From assembly GCA_963781885.1 (NCBI GenBank), contig CAWAHW010000001.1:512001-576000 (forward strand): a stretch of DNA of 64,000 nucleotides, written 5' to 3'. A program made the translations under genes and the position numbers. The notes beneath the pieces are model-generated. The model did not search any database. It was not told where the DNA came from and saw only the letters and a list, made by a program, of their open reading frames with translations. Shown here one piece after another: positions 40,687 to 50,196 of the stretch; the first letter of the stretch is position 1; each line of letters starts with the position of its first letter. Source of the DNA: an uncultured Spirochaetota bacterium (GTDB lineage Bacteria > Spirochaetota > Spirochaetia > SZUA-6 > Fen-1364).

Positions 40687-43140
40687 ATGAAGGCGAAACA
40701 CCTCACCCCCTCCACGGCGGGAAAAAGAGTCACGTGGCAAGGTTTCACGCTTGGCGTCAAGGCCTCTTTGTTCGGCGCGGGTATCGTGCTGGCCAGCGCA
40801 ATCTCACTCCTCCTCCTGGCCGCGTGGGAGAGCGGCCAGTACAACAAGCTCGCCCAGGGAGAGGTCGACGGCCTGATCAATACCGATCTCGACAACATCA
40901 CGTTGGGCATCTACAACATGGTCGAGACGGAGAACGAGGCGGTCCAGCAGCAGGCGAGCGCGGAGCTCAAGGCGGCGCAACGTCAGCTTGCAGAGACGCG
41001 GGCCCGCGAGGCGATCATCCGCACGCGCGTCGGCAGGACCGGATACGTCTATGTCCTGGGCGGGAGCGGCGAAAAACGCGGTCATTACATCATCTCGCAG
41101 AATGGCGAGCGTGACGGGGAAAACATCTGGGACAGCACCGACAGCCAGGGCAATCCAGTGATCAAGGAGATCGTCGGCAAGGCTGTTGTGCTCCGGCCGG
41201 GGGAGCTTGCCACGGCGCACTATCTCTGGCAGAACCCCAATGAAAAAACCCCGCGCTGGAAGCTCGTCCGCCTGGCCTATTTCCAGCCGTGGGATTGGGT
41301 GATAGGAACAAGTGCCTACGATGACGAGCTCATGACCTACCGGACCATCCTCACCGAGGGGCGGCAGCGCATGACGGCCGTCATGGGCGGCGCGGGCATC
41401 GCCATCACCGTCCTCATGGGACTCCTGGGCGGCCTCCTCGGCTGGCTCATCCTCGTGCGTCCCGTCCGCCGCCTGACCGGCGCGCTGGAGACAGTGATCG
41501 GGGGCGACTTGAGCGGGGCAGTGGTCGTGCGCTCCCGCGACGAGATCGGGACACTGGCGCGGACATTCAACACGATGACGGAGAGACTGCGGGAAACGGT
41601 GGAAGGGCTGCGGCGGAGTGAGGAGAAGTACCGCGCGATCTTCGACAACGCCATCGAGGGGTTCTTCCAGTCCACGCTGGAGGGTGCTTTTCTCGCGGTC
41701 AATCCGACGATGGCGGTCATCCTGGGCTATGACTCGCCGGCGGACCTGATCGCCTCTGTCACCGACATGCGGTCGCAGCTCTACGTCCATGCCGCGGACC
41801 GCGACGAGCTGATCGCCACGCTCCTCAAGAAGGGGAAGTCGGTCGGCCGGGAGGTCCAGTTCCGGCGGAAGGACGGGTGTGAGATCTGGGTCTCCCTGAA
41901 CGAGCACCTCGTGCGCGACAGGGACCGGCCCCGCATCGAGGGCTTCCTCTTCGACGTCACCGAGCGCCGGCGGCTGGAGACGCAGCTTCTCCAGTCGCAG
42001 AAGATGGAGGCCATCGGGCTTCTTGCAGGCGGGGTGGCCCACGATTTTAACAACCTCCTGACGCCCATTCTTGGATACGCCGAGCTGCTGGAGGCAAGCC
42101 TCTCCGCCGACAAGACCTCCCGCGAGCAACTGGCGGACATCCGGCGGGCCGCGGAGCGCGCCCAGGCCCTCACCCGACGACTCCTCACCTTCAGCCGCAA
42201 GCAGATGATCGAGCTTTCCACGATCAATCTCGGCGACGTGATCCGCCGCCTGCACGGCATCCTGCGCCGGACCATCCGGGAAGACATCGGCATCGAGATC
42301 GCGATCGCCCCGACCGTGTCGCCGGTGCGCGCGGACGCGGGCCAGATCGAGCAGGTCCTTCTGAACCTGGCGATCAACGCGCAGGACGCCATGCCGGCCG
42401 GTGGGACACTCTCCATCGAGGCCGCAGACGTCGACATCGACGAGGCATTTGCCGCCGGCCACCCCGAGACTGCCCCCGGGCCATACGTGATGCTCACCGT
42501 GAGCGACACCGGCGTCGGCATGGACGCGCGGACCATGGAGCACCTCTTCGAGCCTTTCTTCACCACGAAGGAGCTGGGCAAGGGAACGGGCCTGGGGCTC
42601 TCCTCCGTGTACGGAATTGTCCGCCAGCACGGCGGCGCCATCAATGTCTATTCGGAGAAGAATCGCGGGAGCACGTTCAAGATCCTGCTGCCCCGGACGG
42701 CGGAGGGCGTGGAGGGCGAACGGCGCGCGGTGGAGCCGGCGGAGACGGCGCGCGGTGCGGAGACGATCCTCGTGGTGGAAGACAATACGATGGTGAGGAC
42801 GCTCGCGTGCAGGATGCTCACGAATCTCGGCTACCGGGTCCTTTCTGCCGAGACGGCGGAGGCGTGCATCGCGCTCGCGGAGGCGCAGGGGGACCGTATC
42901 GCCCTCGTGCTCACGGACGTCATCATGCCACATATGAACGGTCGGGAGATTCTCAACGAGCTGCGCCGGAAGCGCCCCGAGCTGAAGGCGCTCTTCATGT
43001 CGGGGTACCCCAGCAATGTGATCCAGCACCAGGGCGTTCTGGACGAGGGCATGCATTTCATCCAGAAACCCTTCACGTTGCAGGCCCTTTCGGCGAAGAT
43101 TCGCGAGGCGCTCGATTCCCCGGCAGAGCCGACGGCTTAA
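40687..43140 (+). CDS. Hybrid sensor histidine kinase (Cache-HAMP-PAS-HisKA-HATPase-REC)
   Basis: Two TMs, HAMP DEIG, AHDFNNLL H-box, N/G1/F/G2 boxes, REC with LTDVIMP and KPF. Confidence 0.92.
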   Translation: MKAKHLTPSTAGKRVTWQGFTLGVKASLFGAGIVLASAISLLLLAAWESGQYNKLAQGEVDGLINTDLDNITLGIYNMVETENEAVQQQASAELKAAQRQLAETRAREAIIRTRVGRTGYVYVLGGSGEKRGHYIISQNGERDGENIWDSTDSQGNPVIKEIVGKAVVLRPGELATAHYLWQNPNEKTPRWKLVRLAYFQPWDWVIGTSAYDDELMTYRTILTEGRQRMTAVMGGAGIAITVLMGLLGGLLGWLILVRPVRRLTGALETVIGGDLSGAVVVRSRDEIGTLARTFNTMTERLRETVEGLRRSEEKYRAIFDNAIEGFFQSTLEGAFLAVNPTMAVILGYDSPADLIASVTDMRSQLYVHAADRDELIATLLKKGKSVGREVQFRRKDGCEIWVSLNEHLVRDRDRPRIEGFLFDVTERRRLETQLLQSQKMEAIGLLAGGVAHDFNNLLTPILGYAELLEASLSADKTSREQLADIRRAAERAQALTRRLLTFSRKQMIELSTINLGDVIRRLHGILRRTIREDIGIEIAIAPTVSPVRADAGQIEQVLLNLAINAQDAMPAGGTLSIEAADVDIDEAFAAGHPETAPGPYVMLTVSDTGVGMDARTMEHLFEPFFTTKELGKGTGLGLSSVYGIVRQHGGAINVYSEKNRGSTFKILLPRTAEGVEGERRAVEPAETARGAETILVVEDNTMVRTLACRMLTNLGYRVLSAETAEACIALAEAQGDRIALVLTDVIMPHMNGREILNELRRKRPELKALFMSGYPSNVIQHQGVLDEGMHFIQKPFTLQALSAKIREALDSPAEPTA

Positions 43141-43831
43141 TGAGGCTCGCCGACCGGACGTACAGGTCGCGCGCCAGCGGCGCGAGCTTCCGCCGGTCGA
43201 CGACCCGGATGCGGCCCCTTGTTGGATCGAGAATGCCTGCGTCGCGAAAGACGCGCACCACCCGCGCGAGCTGGCGGTAGCTTGCACCGAGGTAGTCTGA
43301 AATTTCCCCCAGATCGTCGGTGCCCAGGATCCAGCCCTCGCCGTCCGTGGAGGCAAGAAGGTAGCTGGCGAGCCGGTTCTCCACCGGGTAGCGCACGTTG
43401 ATCGACTCGGCGATGACGCGGTCCCTGAGCTTCGCGCCGAGCCTGCCGCAGAGGTACATGAGGAGGCGATAGTTCCGCGCGGCGCTCCTCCTGATGGCCG
43501 CGACGGGGAGGCCGAGGCAGACGGTGTCGGTGAGCGCCTCGACGCTCAGCGTGTACCGGTCGGCGGAAAAGAGCTCCACCTCGCCCAGGACGTCGAATGG
43601 CTTGTAGATGGCCGCGAGGAGCCGCTGTCCGTTTTCCATCGTGCTGTAGATCTTGATCCTCCCTTTCACGAAGAAAAGGAGGTCGGTGACCGGGTCATCG
43701 GCCCGGATCACGATCTCCCCGGGTGCGCGCCGCAGCGTCCGCAGCGCGGCGAGCAGGTCGGCTGACAGGAGCCGCTCCAGCGCATACCGCCGCACCCAGG
43801 TTTCCACCGCGTCCATGCCGTCTCCTTCCAT
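43073..43831 (-). CDS. Crp/Fnr family transcriptional regulator
   Basis: cNMP-binding fold (GRIKIY..ENG, LGEVE), ENRLASYL, HTH (ISDYLGASYRQLARV). Confidence 0.88.
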   Translation of the reverse strand: MEGDGMDAVETWVRRYALERLLSADLLAALRTLRRAPGEIVIRADDPVTDLLFFVKGRIKIYSTMENGQRLLAAIYKPFDVLGEVELFSADRYTLSVEALTDTVCLGLPVAAIRRSAARNYRLLMYLCGRLGAKLRDRVIAESINVRYPVENRLASYLLASTDGEGWILGTDDLGEISDYLGASYRQLARVVRVFRDAGILDPTRGRIRVVDRRKLAPLARDLYVRSASLIKPSALPGNRAPRESSPKGPAT

Positions 43832-43833
43832 AA

Positions 43834-43866
43834 GACATATGTCCTATCAAGGAAGCCAGTATGTCC
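43834..43866. promoter_or_regulatory. Palindromic operator between divergent Crp/Fnr regulator and DMT transporter
   Basis: Perfect palindrome GACATATGTC (43834-43843) plus a second TATGTCC half-site ending at 43866. Confidence 0.55.
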
Positions 43867-43888
43867 CCATACTCGGTGCATGGATAGG

Positions 43889-44812
43889 ATGAAAGGGCGA
43901 CTGCTCGGCGTTATCGTGCCCCTGATCGGCGCGCTTGTCACCGTCATGTCCGGCCTGAACAGCCGGCTTGCGGGCATGGTCGGGAGCACGGTCGCGACGC
44001 TCGTCATCCACGTTGCGGGGCTCACCGCGGTCTCCGTTGTGCTCCTGGTGAACCGGGAGGAACGCCGCCCCGGGCGTCTTCCCCTCCACTTCTACCTGGG
44101 GGGGTTTGTCGGCGTCGGCACGGTGTTTTCCAGCAACTACGCCTTTGCCGCCATCGGGGCGTCTCTTGCCGTGGCCCTCGGTCTCCTCGGCCAGACCCTC
44201 TTGTCCCTTGCCGTGGACGCGACCGGGTTCATGGGCAGGAAGAAATACCCGGTTTCCGCGCGACGCCTGCCGGGCATTGCGCTGGCTCTCGCGGGCGTGG
44301 CAGTGATGCTGCTTGGTGCCGCGCAGGGGAGCGGGAAGGTCCCCGCGGTCGCCGTCCTCCTCGCGCTTGCCGGAGGCGGGATGACGGGTCTTTCCTTCAT
44401 CCTCAACTCGGAGCTCGGCCGCAGGAAGGGGGTCACGCGCAGCACGCGCATCAACTACCTTGTGGGGCTTGGCACAACGCTCCTCATCGTGCTGATCGTG
44501 CGGCCGCCGGTTGTCGCATCCGCCCGTGCCGTCGTTGCCGCCGGCCCGCTGCTCGTTTTCGGCGGCGGCCTCATGGGTGTTGTTGTGGTGACGGTCATGA
44601 ACGCGGTCTTCCCGCGCCTGCCCGCGGTCTCCGCGACCCTGCTCCTTTTTGCCGGGCAGGCCCTGATGGGAGTCCTCGTCGATGCAGCGGCGAAGGGTGC
44701 CTTCGACGTGAGAAAGCTGGTCGGCATCATCATCCTGCTTGCGGGCCTGGCGCTGAACGCCCTTCTTCCGAGCCGGCCGGTCCGTGCGGCGGGGCGCGGC
44801 GGCTCTGAGTAG
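43889..44812 (+). CDS. DMT family transporter (duplicated YdcZ/DUF606-like domains)
   Basis: ~10 TM helices, internal duplication (NSRL/NSEL; LGQ..VD/AGQ..VD). Confidence 0.85.
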   Translation: MKGRLLGVIVPLIGALVTVMSGLNSRLAGMVGSTVATLVIHVAGLTAVSVVLLVNREERRPGRLPLHFYLGGFVGVGTVFSSNYAFAAIGASLAVALGLLGQTLLSLAVDATGFMGRKKYPVSARRLPGIALALAGVAVMLLGAAQGSGKVPAVAVLLALAGGGMTGLSFILNSELGRRKGVTRSTRINYLVGLGTTLLIVLIVRPPVVASARAVVAAGPLLVFGGGLMGVVVVTVMNAVFPRLPAVSATLLLFAGQALMGVLVDAAAKGAFDVRKLVGIIILLAGLALNALLPSRPVRAAGRGGSE

Positions 44813-44825
44813 TTGTCTGCCCCTT

Positions 44826-45266
44826 CATGAAGTGCCCGGGCTGCAGGTTGCGCGCCAGGAGAAGATCTACCTGGCATTTCCATTCGAAATGACCGAGCCC
44901 GACATGAATCGACGCGCGGACCCCGCCATCTTCATGATCAACAAGTCGGTGATGATCACCCCGCAGGGGGATATTGCCTACCAGTACGTAAAACACAACC
45001 TCCTGATCGGCCCCGAATCGGAGACCACGTTGCGCGGCCCGAGGGTCATCGACGCCATCGACGGCACGACATCCTCGAAGGGCAACCCGCTGCACTCCGT
45101 CATGGCGTCCTACCGCACGATTGAGGAAGGCTTCTCCCTACAACTCGGGGATTTCTTCCCGCTGCTCTGCGCGGCAGGGCTCGCCGCGCTGCTCGTCTTT
45201 GGCATCGGGACGGCGGTGCGGCGGAAGCGGCCCGCGCGGGTTGCCGATGCATCGCGTCCGCGGTAG
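44826..45266 (+). pseudogene. Remnant of a carbon-nitrogen hydrolase/Lnt-like protein
   Basis: NKSVMITPQG..YVKH (catalytic Lys region), H..MA.YRTIEEGFS and LGDFF+TM are adjacent; no ICxD catalytic Cys motif and no N-terminal half. Confidence 0.6.
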
Positions 45267-45276
45267 CTTCAGGCTC

Positions 45277-45561
45277 ATGTGCCGAAACATCAAGCCGCTT
45301 TTCAATTTCGACCCGCCGGCAACGGATGAGGAGATACGCGGAGCCGCGCTGCAATTCGTGCGGAAGATATCCGGTTTCACGAAGCCGTCGAAGATCAACG
45401 AGCACGTCTTCAATTACGCCGTGGACGACGTTGCCGCGATCGCCCGGGGCCTCATGGGGCAGCTGGTGACGAACGCGGAGCCGCGCGATCGCGACGTGGA
45501 AGCCGCGCGTGCCCGCGCCCGGGCCGTGCACAGGTTCGGCAGCGCCGCGCAGGGGGCGTAG
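45277..45561 (+). CDS. DUF2277 family protein
   Basis: MCRNIKPLFNFDPPATDEEI..AALQFVRKISG signature. Confidence 0.9.
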   Translation: MCRNIKPLFNFDPPATDEEIRGAALQFVRKISGFTKPSKINEHVFNYAVDDVAAIARGLMGQLVTNAEPRDRDVEAARARARAVHRFGSAAQGA

Positions 45562-45568
45562 GGGCTTC

Positions 45569-45913
45569 TCAGGGCAGCGGCTTGCGACCCGCGAAGCCTT
45601 CCTCCACGGGGTGATACCAGCCGAGCTCCTTCTCATCGCTGCGCCAGCAGAGGAACACCGCGGCGCCGTCGATCACGGAGGGAAAATCCACCAGGCCGAC
45701 TGAGAAGTCCCAGTCCTTGAAGAAGCATCCCATCTCATCAAGCTCGAGCATGTGCTCCTTGAGCTCGTCCTGCAGCCGGGGCAGCTCGTCCTGGTCCTCC
45801 TCCGGCAGCTCGCGGATGCTGCGCGCAGTTTCCAGGATGTCGCCCACGATTTGACGCACCAGGGGGAGCGCACTCTCCGCTTCCTGGCGCGTGAACAGTC
45901 TCTTGAACTCCAT
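45569..45913 (-). CDS. DUF2203 family protein
   Basis: FT..EA..LP, KD...GLVDFP, FLCW...E....WYH...GFAGRKPL. Confidence 0.88.
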   Translation of the reverse strand: MEFKRLFTRQEAESALPLVRQIVGDILETARSIRELPEEDQDELPRLQDELKEHMLELDEMGCFFKDWDFSVGLVDFPSVIDGAAVFLCWRSDEKELGWYHPVEEGFAGRKPLP

Positions 45914-45971
45914 AGACCCGCGCATTCTTGCCCTCCTGCAGGGGGTCGTCAAGTGCCGCCCCGTAAAAATC

Positions 45972-46010
45972 GTGACATTTGTCACTGCCCGCGGGGGCGA
46001 CAGTTGTCCT
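45972..46010 (+). promoter_or_regulatory. Tandem palindromic operator upstream of the ABC exporter operon
   Basis: GTGACA-tt-TGTCAC (45972-45985) and GACA-gt-TGTC (within 45997-46010), 25 bp apart. Confidence 0.7.
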
Positions 46011-46047
46011 ACCTTCATCGCGTCCAATCAGAAGAAAGGGGACGTGA

Positions 46048-46992
46048 ATGAATATCGCGATCATGGAGGACGTCGTGAAGCGCTACGGTGCGACACTCGC
46101 CCTCGACCATGCCGACCTGGAGGTGCGCCAGGGAGAGATACTCGGTCTGCTGGGGCCCAACGGCGCCGGAAAAACCACGGCCATTCTCGTGCTCGCCGGT
46201 CTGCTGGGGATCGACAGCGGTTCCGTGCGGCTCTTCGGCCGGGCGCAGCGCCCCGGCGTGCTCGATCTGAAGCGCAGGGTGGGGCTCGTCACGCAGGAGA
46301 TCACCATCTTCGACGACCTCACCGCGTGGGAGAACCTTGCATTCTTTGCCGGTCTCTACGGCCTGAAAAGACCGCGGCTCCAGGAGCGCATCCGCGACAC
46401 CCTTGCATTCGTGGGACTGACCGAGCACGCGCACCGCCGACCGAAGAAGTTTTCCGGTGGCATGAAGAGACGGCTGAATCTCGCCTGCGCGCTCACGCAC
46501 CAGCCCGAGCTCTTGATCATGGACGAGCCCACGGTTGGCATCGACCCGCAGTCGCGTAACCATATCCTCGAATCGGTCCGCGCTCTCCGGGACGCCGGGA
46601 CCACGATCCTTTACACGTCGCATTACATGGAAGAGGTGGAGGCCATCGCATCGCGCGTCGCCATCATGGACCAGGGTCACGTCATTGCGTCGGGTACCAT
46701 CGGCGAGCTGGTGGAGCGCATCCAGTACGAGGAGCACGTCACGCTGGAGGTCGGCGCGCCAACGCTGGAGCTGGTCGGGGAGCTCAGGGCCATTGCGGGC
46801 GTCAAGGAAGTTTGCGGGGATGGGGGACGGCTGCGCATCGTCTCCGAGGTCGGTTCGGGGAACCTGGATCGGGTGATCGCCTGCGCGCAGAAGGCGGGGG
46901 GGGTGCGCTCCATTTCCGCGGAGAAGCCCACGCTGGAGGACGTGTTCCTCACGTTGACCGGCAAGAGCCTGAGGGATGGAGAGGCATCATGA
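46048..46992 (+). CDS. ABC-2 type exporter ATP-binding protein (DrrA/LnrL-like)
   Basis: GPNGAGKT, FSGGM, MDEPT, TSHYM, LEDVFL. Confidence 0.95.
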   Translation: MNIAIMEDVVKRYGATLALDHADLEVRQGEILGLLGPNGAGKTTAILVLAGLLGIDSGSVRLFGRAQRPGVLDLKRRVGLVTQEITIFDDLTAWENLAFFAGLYGLKRPRLQERIRDTLAFVGLTEHAHRRPKKFSGGMKRRLNLACALTHQPELLIMDEPTVGIDPQSRNHILESVRALRDAGTTILYTSHYMEEVEAIASRVAIMDQGHVIASGTIGELVERIQYEEHVTLEVGAPTLELVGELRAIAGVKEVCGDGGRLRIVSEVGSGNLDRVIACAQKAGGVRSISAEKPTLEDVFLTLTGKSLRDGEAS

Positions 46993-47738
46993 GACGCTTC
47001 ATCATCGCGTTCCGGTATTCGTTCCTGCAGCTGGTGAGGAACATCCAAGGCATGATCTTTCTCCTCGTCATGCCGCTCTTCATCATCCCGATCCTCGCCG
47101 TGGTGTTTTCGCGGATTCCCGCCGGTACCGCCTACCTCAAGGGCGCCGATACGGCGACCTTCTTCGCCGTGGGCATGACGATTTTTTTCCAGCTCTTTGG
47201 GGGAACCTACAGCATGACGGGCGTCAGGGCGATGTTCCTGGGTCCGCGGCGCTGGCGCATCCATGCGCTGCCGTGCCGGCCGACGCCCATCCTGATGGGA
47301 GTTCTCGGGGCCAGCACGGTCATCAGTCTCGCGCAGGGTGTCCTGCTCGTGGTGTTTTCCCGGGTTCTGCTCGGCGCGCATTTCGGCAATGTGGGGATCG
47401 TCTTCGCGGTGCTCCTGGGAATTGCCCTGCTTGCACAGCTGATCTGGGTCACGCTCCTTCTCCTGGTGCGCGACTTCACGACGGCATTCGTCCTTGCGTG
47501 GATCGTCAGCTATGGGTGCGGCGTTCTGGGCGGCATCATCTTCCCCTTGCCGGAGAACCCTTTCTTCCATTTCACGGCAACGTATGGCACGCCGTTCTCA
47601 CTCGCGCAGACCGCTTTGCTGGACGCATCCCGCGGAGGGCCGACGGGAGAGATTGCGCTCTGCGTCGGCGTCCTTTTCCTGGCAGCGGCGGTGTTCGCCT
47701 GCCTCACGGCCATCCTGGGCAGGAGGAAGCTCGCATGA
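46989..47738 (+). CDS. ABC-2 permease
   Basis: Six TM helices, LGGIIFP, ATGA coupling. Confidence 0.85.
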   Translation: MRRFIIAFRYSFLQLVRNIQGMIFLLVMPLFIIPILAVVFSRIPAGTAYLKGADTATFFAVGMTIFFQLFGGTYSMTGVRAMFLGPRRWRIHALPCRPTPILMGVLGASTVISLAQGVLLVVFSRVLLGAHFGNVGIVFAVLLGIALLAQLIWVTLLLLVRDFTTAFVLAWIVSYGCGVLGGIIFPLPENPFFHFTATYGTPFSLAQTALLDASRGGPTGEIALCVGVLFLAAAVFACLTAILGRRKLA

Positions 47739-48421
47739 TCATCCTTCGATTTGCCCTGAGGCGTGGATTGGGCAATCCCATCCTCACCGCCATGCTGTTC
47801 CTGCTGCCGGCGGCGGTGGTCTTCCTCCCCCGCACGCCCAATACGGTGCTGCCCGTGGGCTTCCACATCTACGGCATCCTTCTCCTTTTCACCGCGTTCC
47901 TCATGATACGCATCATTGTCGAGGACAGGGAGAGCGGGGTGTTCCTGCGAATCGGGGCTGCTCCTGTTACTCATTTCCGCTACCTGCTGGAGAGCCTCAT
48001 TGCATACGCGATCGTGCTGCTCGTGCAGAATGCCCTGGTGGTCGGCCTTGGGGTCCTCGTGCACGGGAAGAGTCTCATCGCGCCATGGCGGCTGTTCGCG
48101 GCCTATGCGGTCTTTTCCTCCACGGCCATTGCCTTCTGCCTTGCCGTCTGCGCGATGTTCCGCCTGCGGGAGGCGGCCTATGGGACGTGCTCGAGCCTCA
48201 TCATCGTGATCTCGATGCTGGGAGGCGCCTACTTTTCCACGGAGATCATGCCGGTGAGCCTTCAGCGCGTCGCAATGGTGACGCCCACCTACTGGCTTTT
48301 CAACGCGCTGCGCATCGCGGAGACTGGTGGCGCGCGGTCCGGGTTTGCGCTGTCACTCGGCATCATGCTACTCTTCACCGTGGCTTTCCTCATCGCGGGG
48401 AGCAAGCGGCGCCTGGTGTGA
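47735..48421 (+). CDS. ABC-2 permease
   Basis: EDRESGVFLRI..AP, LGGAYF, TPTYW; ATGA coupling. Confidence 0.88.
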   Translation: MIILRFALRRGLGNPILTAMLFLLPAAVVFLPRTPNTVLPVGFHIYGILLLFTAFLMIRIIVEDRESGVFLRIGAAPVTHFRYLLESLIAYAIVLLVQNALVVGLGVLVHGKSLIAPWRLFAAYAVFSSTAIAFCLAVCAMFRLREAAYGTCSSLIIVISMLGGAYFSTEIMPVSLQRVAMVTPTYWLFNALRIAETGGARSGFALSLGIMLLFTVAFLIAGSKRRLV

Positions 48422-49591
48422 AGACGAATGTCCGACTGGCTTCCCCGGCGGCCGCCCTTGCGTGGCGGCTTCTGGGGGAGATCCTTCTCTGTATCCTCTG
48501 GATTCAAGGGCCTGACAGGCCGGTCGGGCTCGTCCTCGTTCTTTTCCTCTGCATCCTCAGCCTTGCCCGGTGGCGCTTCACCCTTCCGGCATGGACCGTG
48601 CTGATCGACCAGGCAGCGTGCATCGCCGTCATGCAGATCTGGCCGGATGCTGCCTTCGGGCTCGCCCTGCCCGGTCTTCGATGCCGTGTGCGCCGCGGCG
48701 CCGTGGCTCGCGCTGCCCGTTGTCGTCGCGGTGTCCGTCGACAGGCTCTGGGTGCTCCCGCTGGACGCCGCTCTCTGTCTTGCCGCCGCGGCAGGGGGAA
48801 GCATCCTGCTTTGGGGCCGGGAGGCGGCGCGGCTGCGCCAGGAGGCGGACGCGGACCGGCGGGAGAAGTACGAGATGGCCCGGCTCAAGGACGACCTGCT
48901 CGTGGCGAATGTCCAGGTTGCGCGGATCGCCGGGCTCGCCGAGCGCGCCCGCATCGCGCGGGACCTGCACGATCACCTTGGGCACGAGCTCACGGCCGCG
49001 GGGCTCGCCCTCCAGGCATTCGACCAGCTCTGGAAGGAAGGCGACGTGCAGGCCGGCGAGCTTTTGTCCCAGGCGGAACGGCGCATCGCGGAAGGAATGG
49101 CCGTGCTGCGTTCCACGGTGAGCGGCATCGCCCCGCCGCGCGAGACGGGCGTGGGAGGCCTGGAGGAAATATGCCGCGGCCTCACCGATCCTGCGCCCGA
49201 GCTCGTGGTGCACGGCAATGCGGAGCTGATCCCGTCCCATGCATGGGCGGTCCTCGAGCCGTGTCTGAAGGAGGGCCTCACGAACGCGGCGCGGCACGGT
49301 GCGCCGGGCAGGGTGTCGGTGAGCCTCGACATCGGACCGCGCATCGTGCGCCTGTGCGTGCACAATGAGGCAGACGGCGCGGGGCGCGCGCAGGCCCGTG
49401 CGGCCAAAGGCAACGGTCGCGGCCTTCCGGCGCGCCTGAGGGCGGAAGCGTCAGATGCGGAAGGACACGGCCTGGGTCTCCGCAGTCTTCGGCAGCGCGC
49501 GCGGGCGGTGGGCGGCAGCGTCACGACGGACGCCACCAACGGTTTCCGCCTCATTTGCGTGCTGCCGCTTCCGGGAGCGCGCGAGCCGTGA
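48418..49591 (+). CDS. NarX/DesK-type (HisKA_3) sensor kinase; frameshift near 48670-48672
   Basis: Hydrophobic N-terminus from GTG 48418; ERARIARDLHDHLGH, EGLTNAARH, GHGLGL. Confidence 0.85.
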
Positions 49592-50196
49592 CGCTTCTCA
49601 TTGTGGACGACGATCCCCTGGTCACGCAGAGTCTGAAGGTGCTGCTCTCCCGCGAAGCGGACATCCAGGTCGTGGGAACGGCGAGTGACGGCGCGCACGC
49701 GGTGAAGGCCTGCGAACGGAGCGTGCCGGACGCGGTCCTCATGGACATCCGCATCCCGGGCATGGACGGCATCGAGGCAACGCGCCTCATCAAGCAGCGG
49801 TGGCCCGCGGTGCACGTCGTGTTTCTCACGACATTCACGGACGACGAAAGCGTGCGCACGGCGCTCCAGGCGGGAGGCGACGGCTACCTGCTGAAGTCGG
49901 CGCCGGCGGCGGGCATGGCACAGCGCCTGCGCGCCCTCACGACGCAGACGTCGGTGATCGACACCGCGGTGCTGAAGCGCCTCACCGAGCCCGACGGGGA
50001 GCCGCTCCCGGGGCTCACGCCGCGGGAGAACGACGTGGCCGCGCTCGTCGCGCAGGGTTGCTCCAACCGGGAGATCGCCGACCAGCTCTTCATCGGCGAA
50101 GGCACGGCGCGCAACATCCTTTCCATCGTGCTGGAAAAGCTCGATCTGCGGGATCGCACGCAGCTTGCAATCTTTTACTGGAGACGACGGCTCTAG
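49588..50196 (+). CDS. NarL/LuxR family response regulator
   Basis: VDDD, LMDIRIP, LTTF, GYLLK; [16 protein letters not shown]. Confidence 0.93.
   Translation: MTLLIVDDDPLVTQSLKVLLSREADIQVVGTASDGAHAVKACERSVPDAVLMDIRIPGMDGIEATRLIKQRWPAVHVVFLTTFTDDESVRTALQAGGDGYLLKSAPAAGMAQRLRALTTQTSVIDTAVLKRLTEPDGEPLPGLTPRENDVAALVAQGCSNREIADQLFIGEGTARNILSIVLEKLDLRDRTQLAIFYWRRRL

Noticed and set aside
40804-43356. Long antisense or alternate-frame ORFs (e.g. 40804-43356, 37084-39093, 25054-26937, 13804-15699, 9114-11489)
   Set aside because: Shadows of real genes caused by high-GC codon bias; no recognisable motifs.
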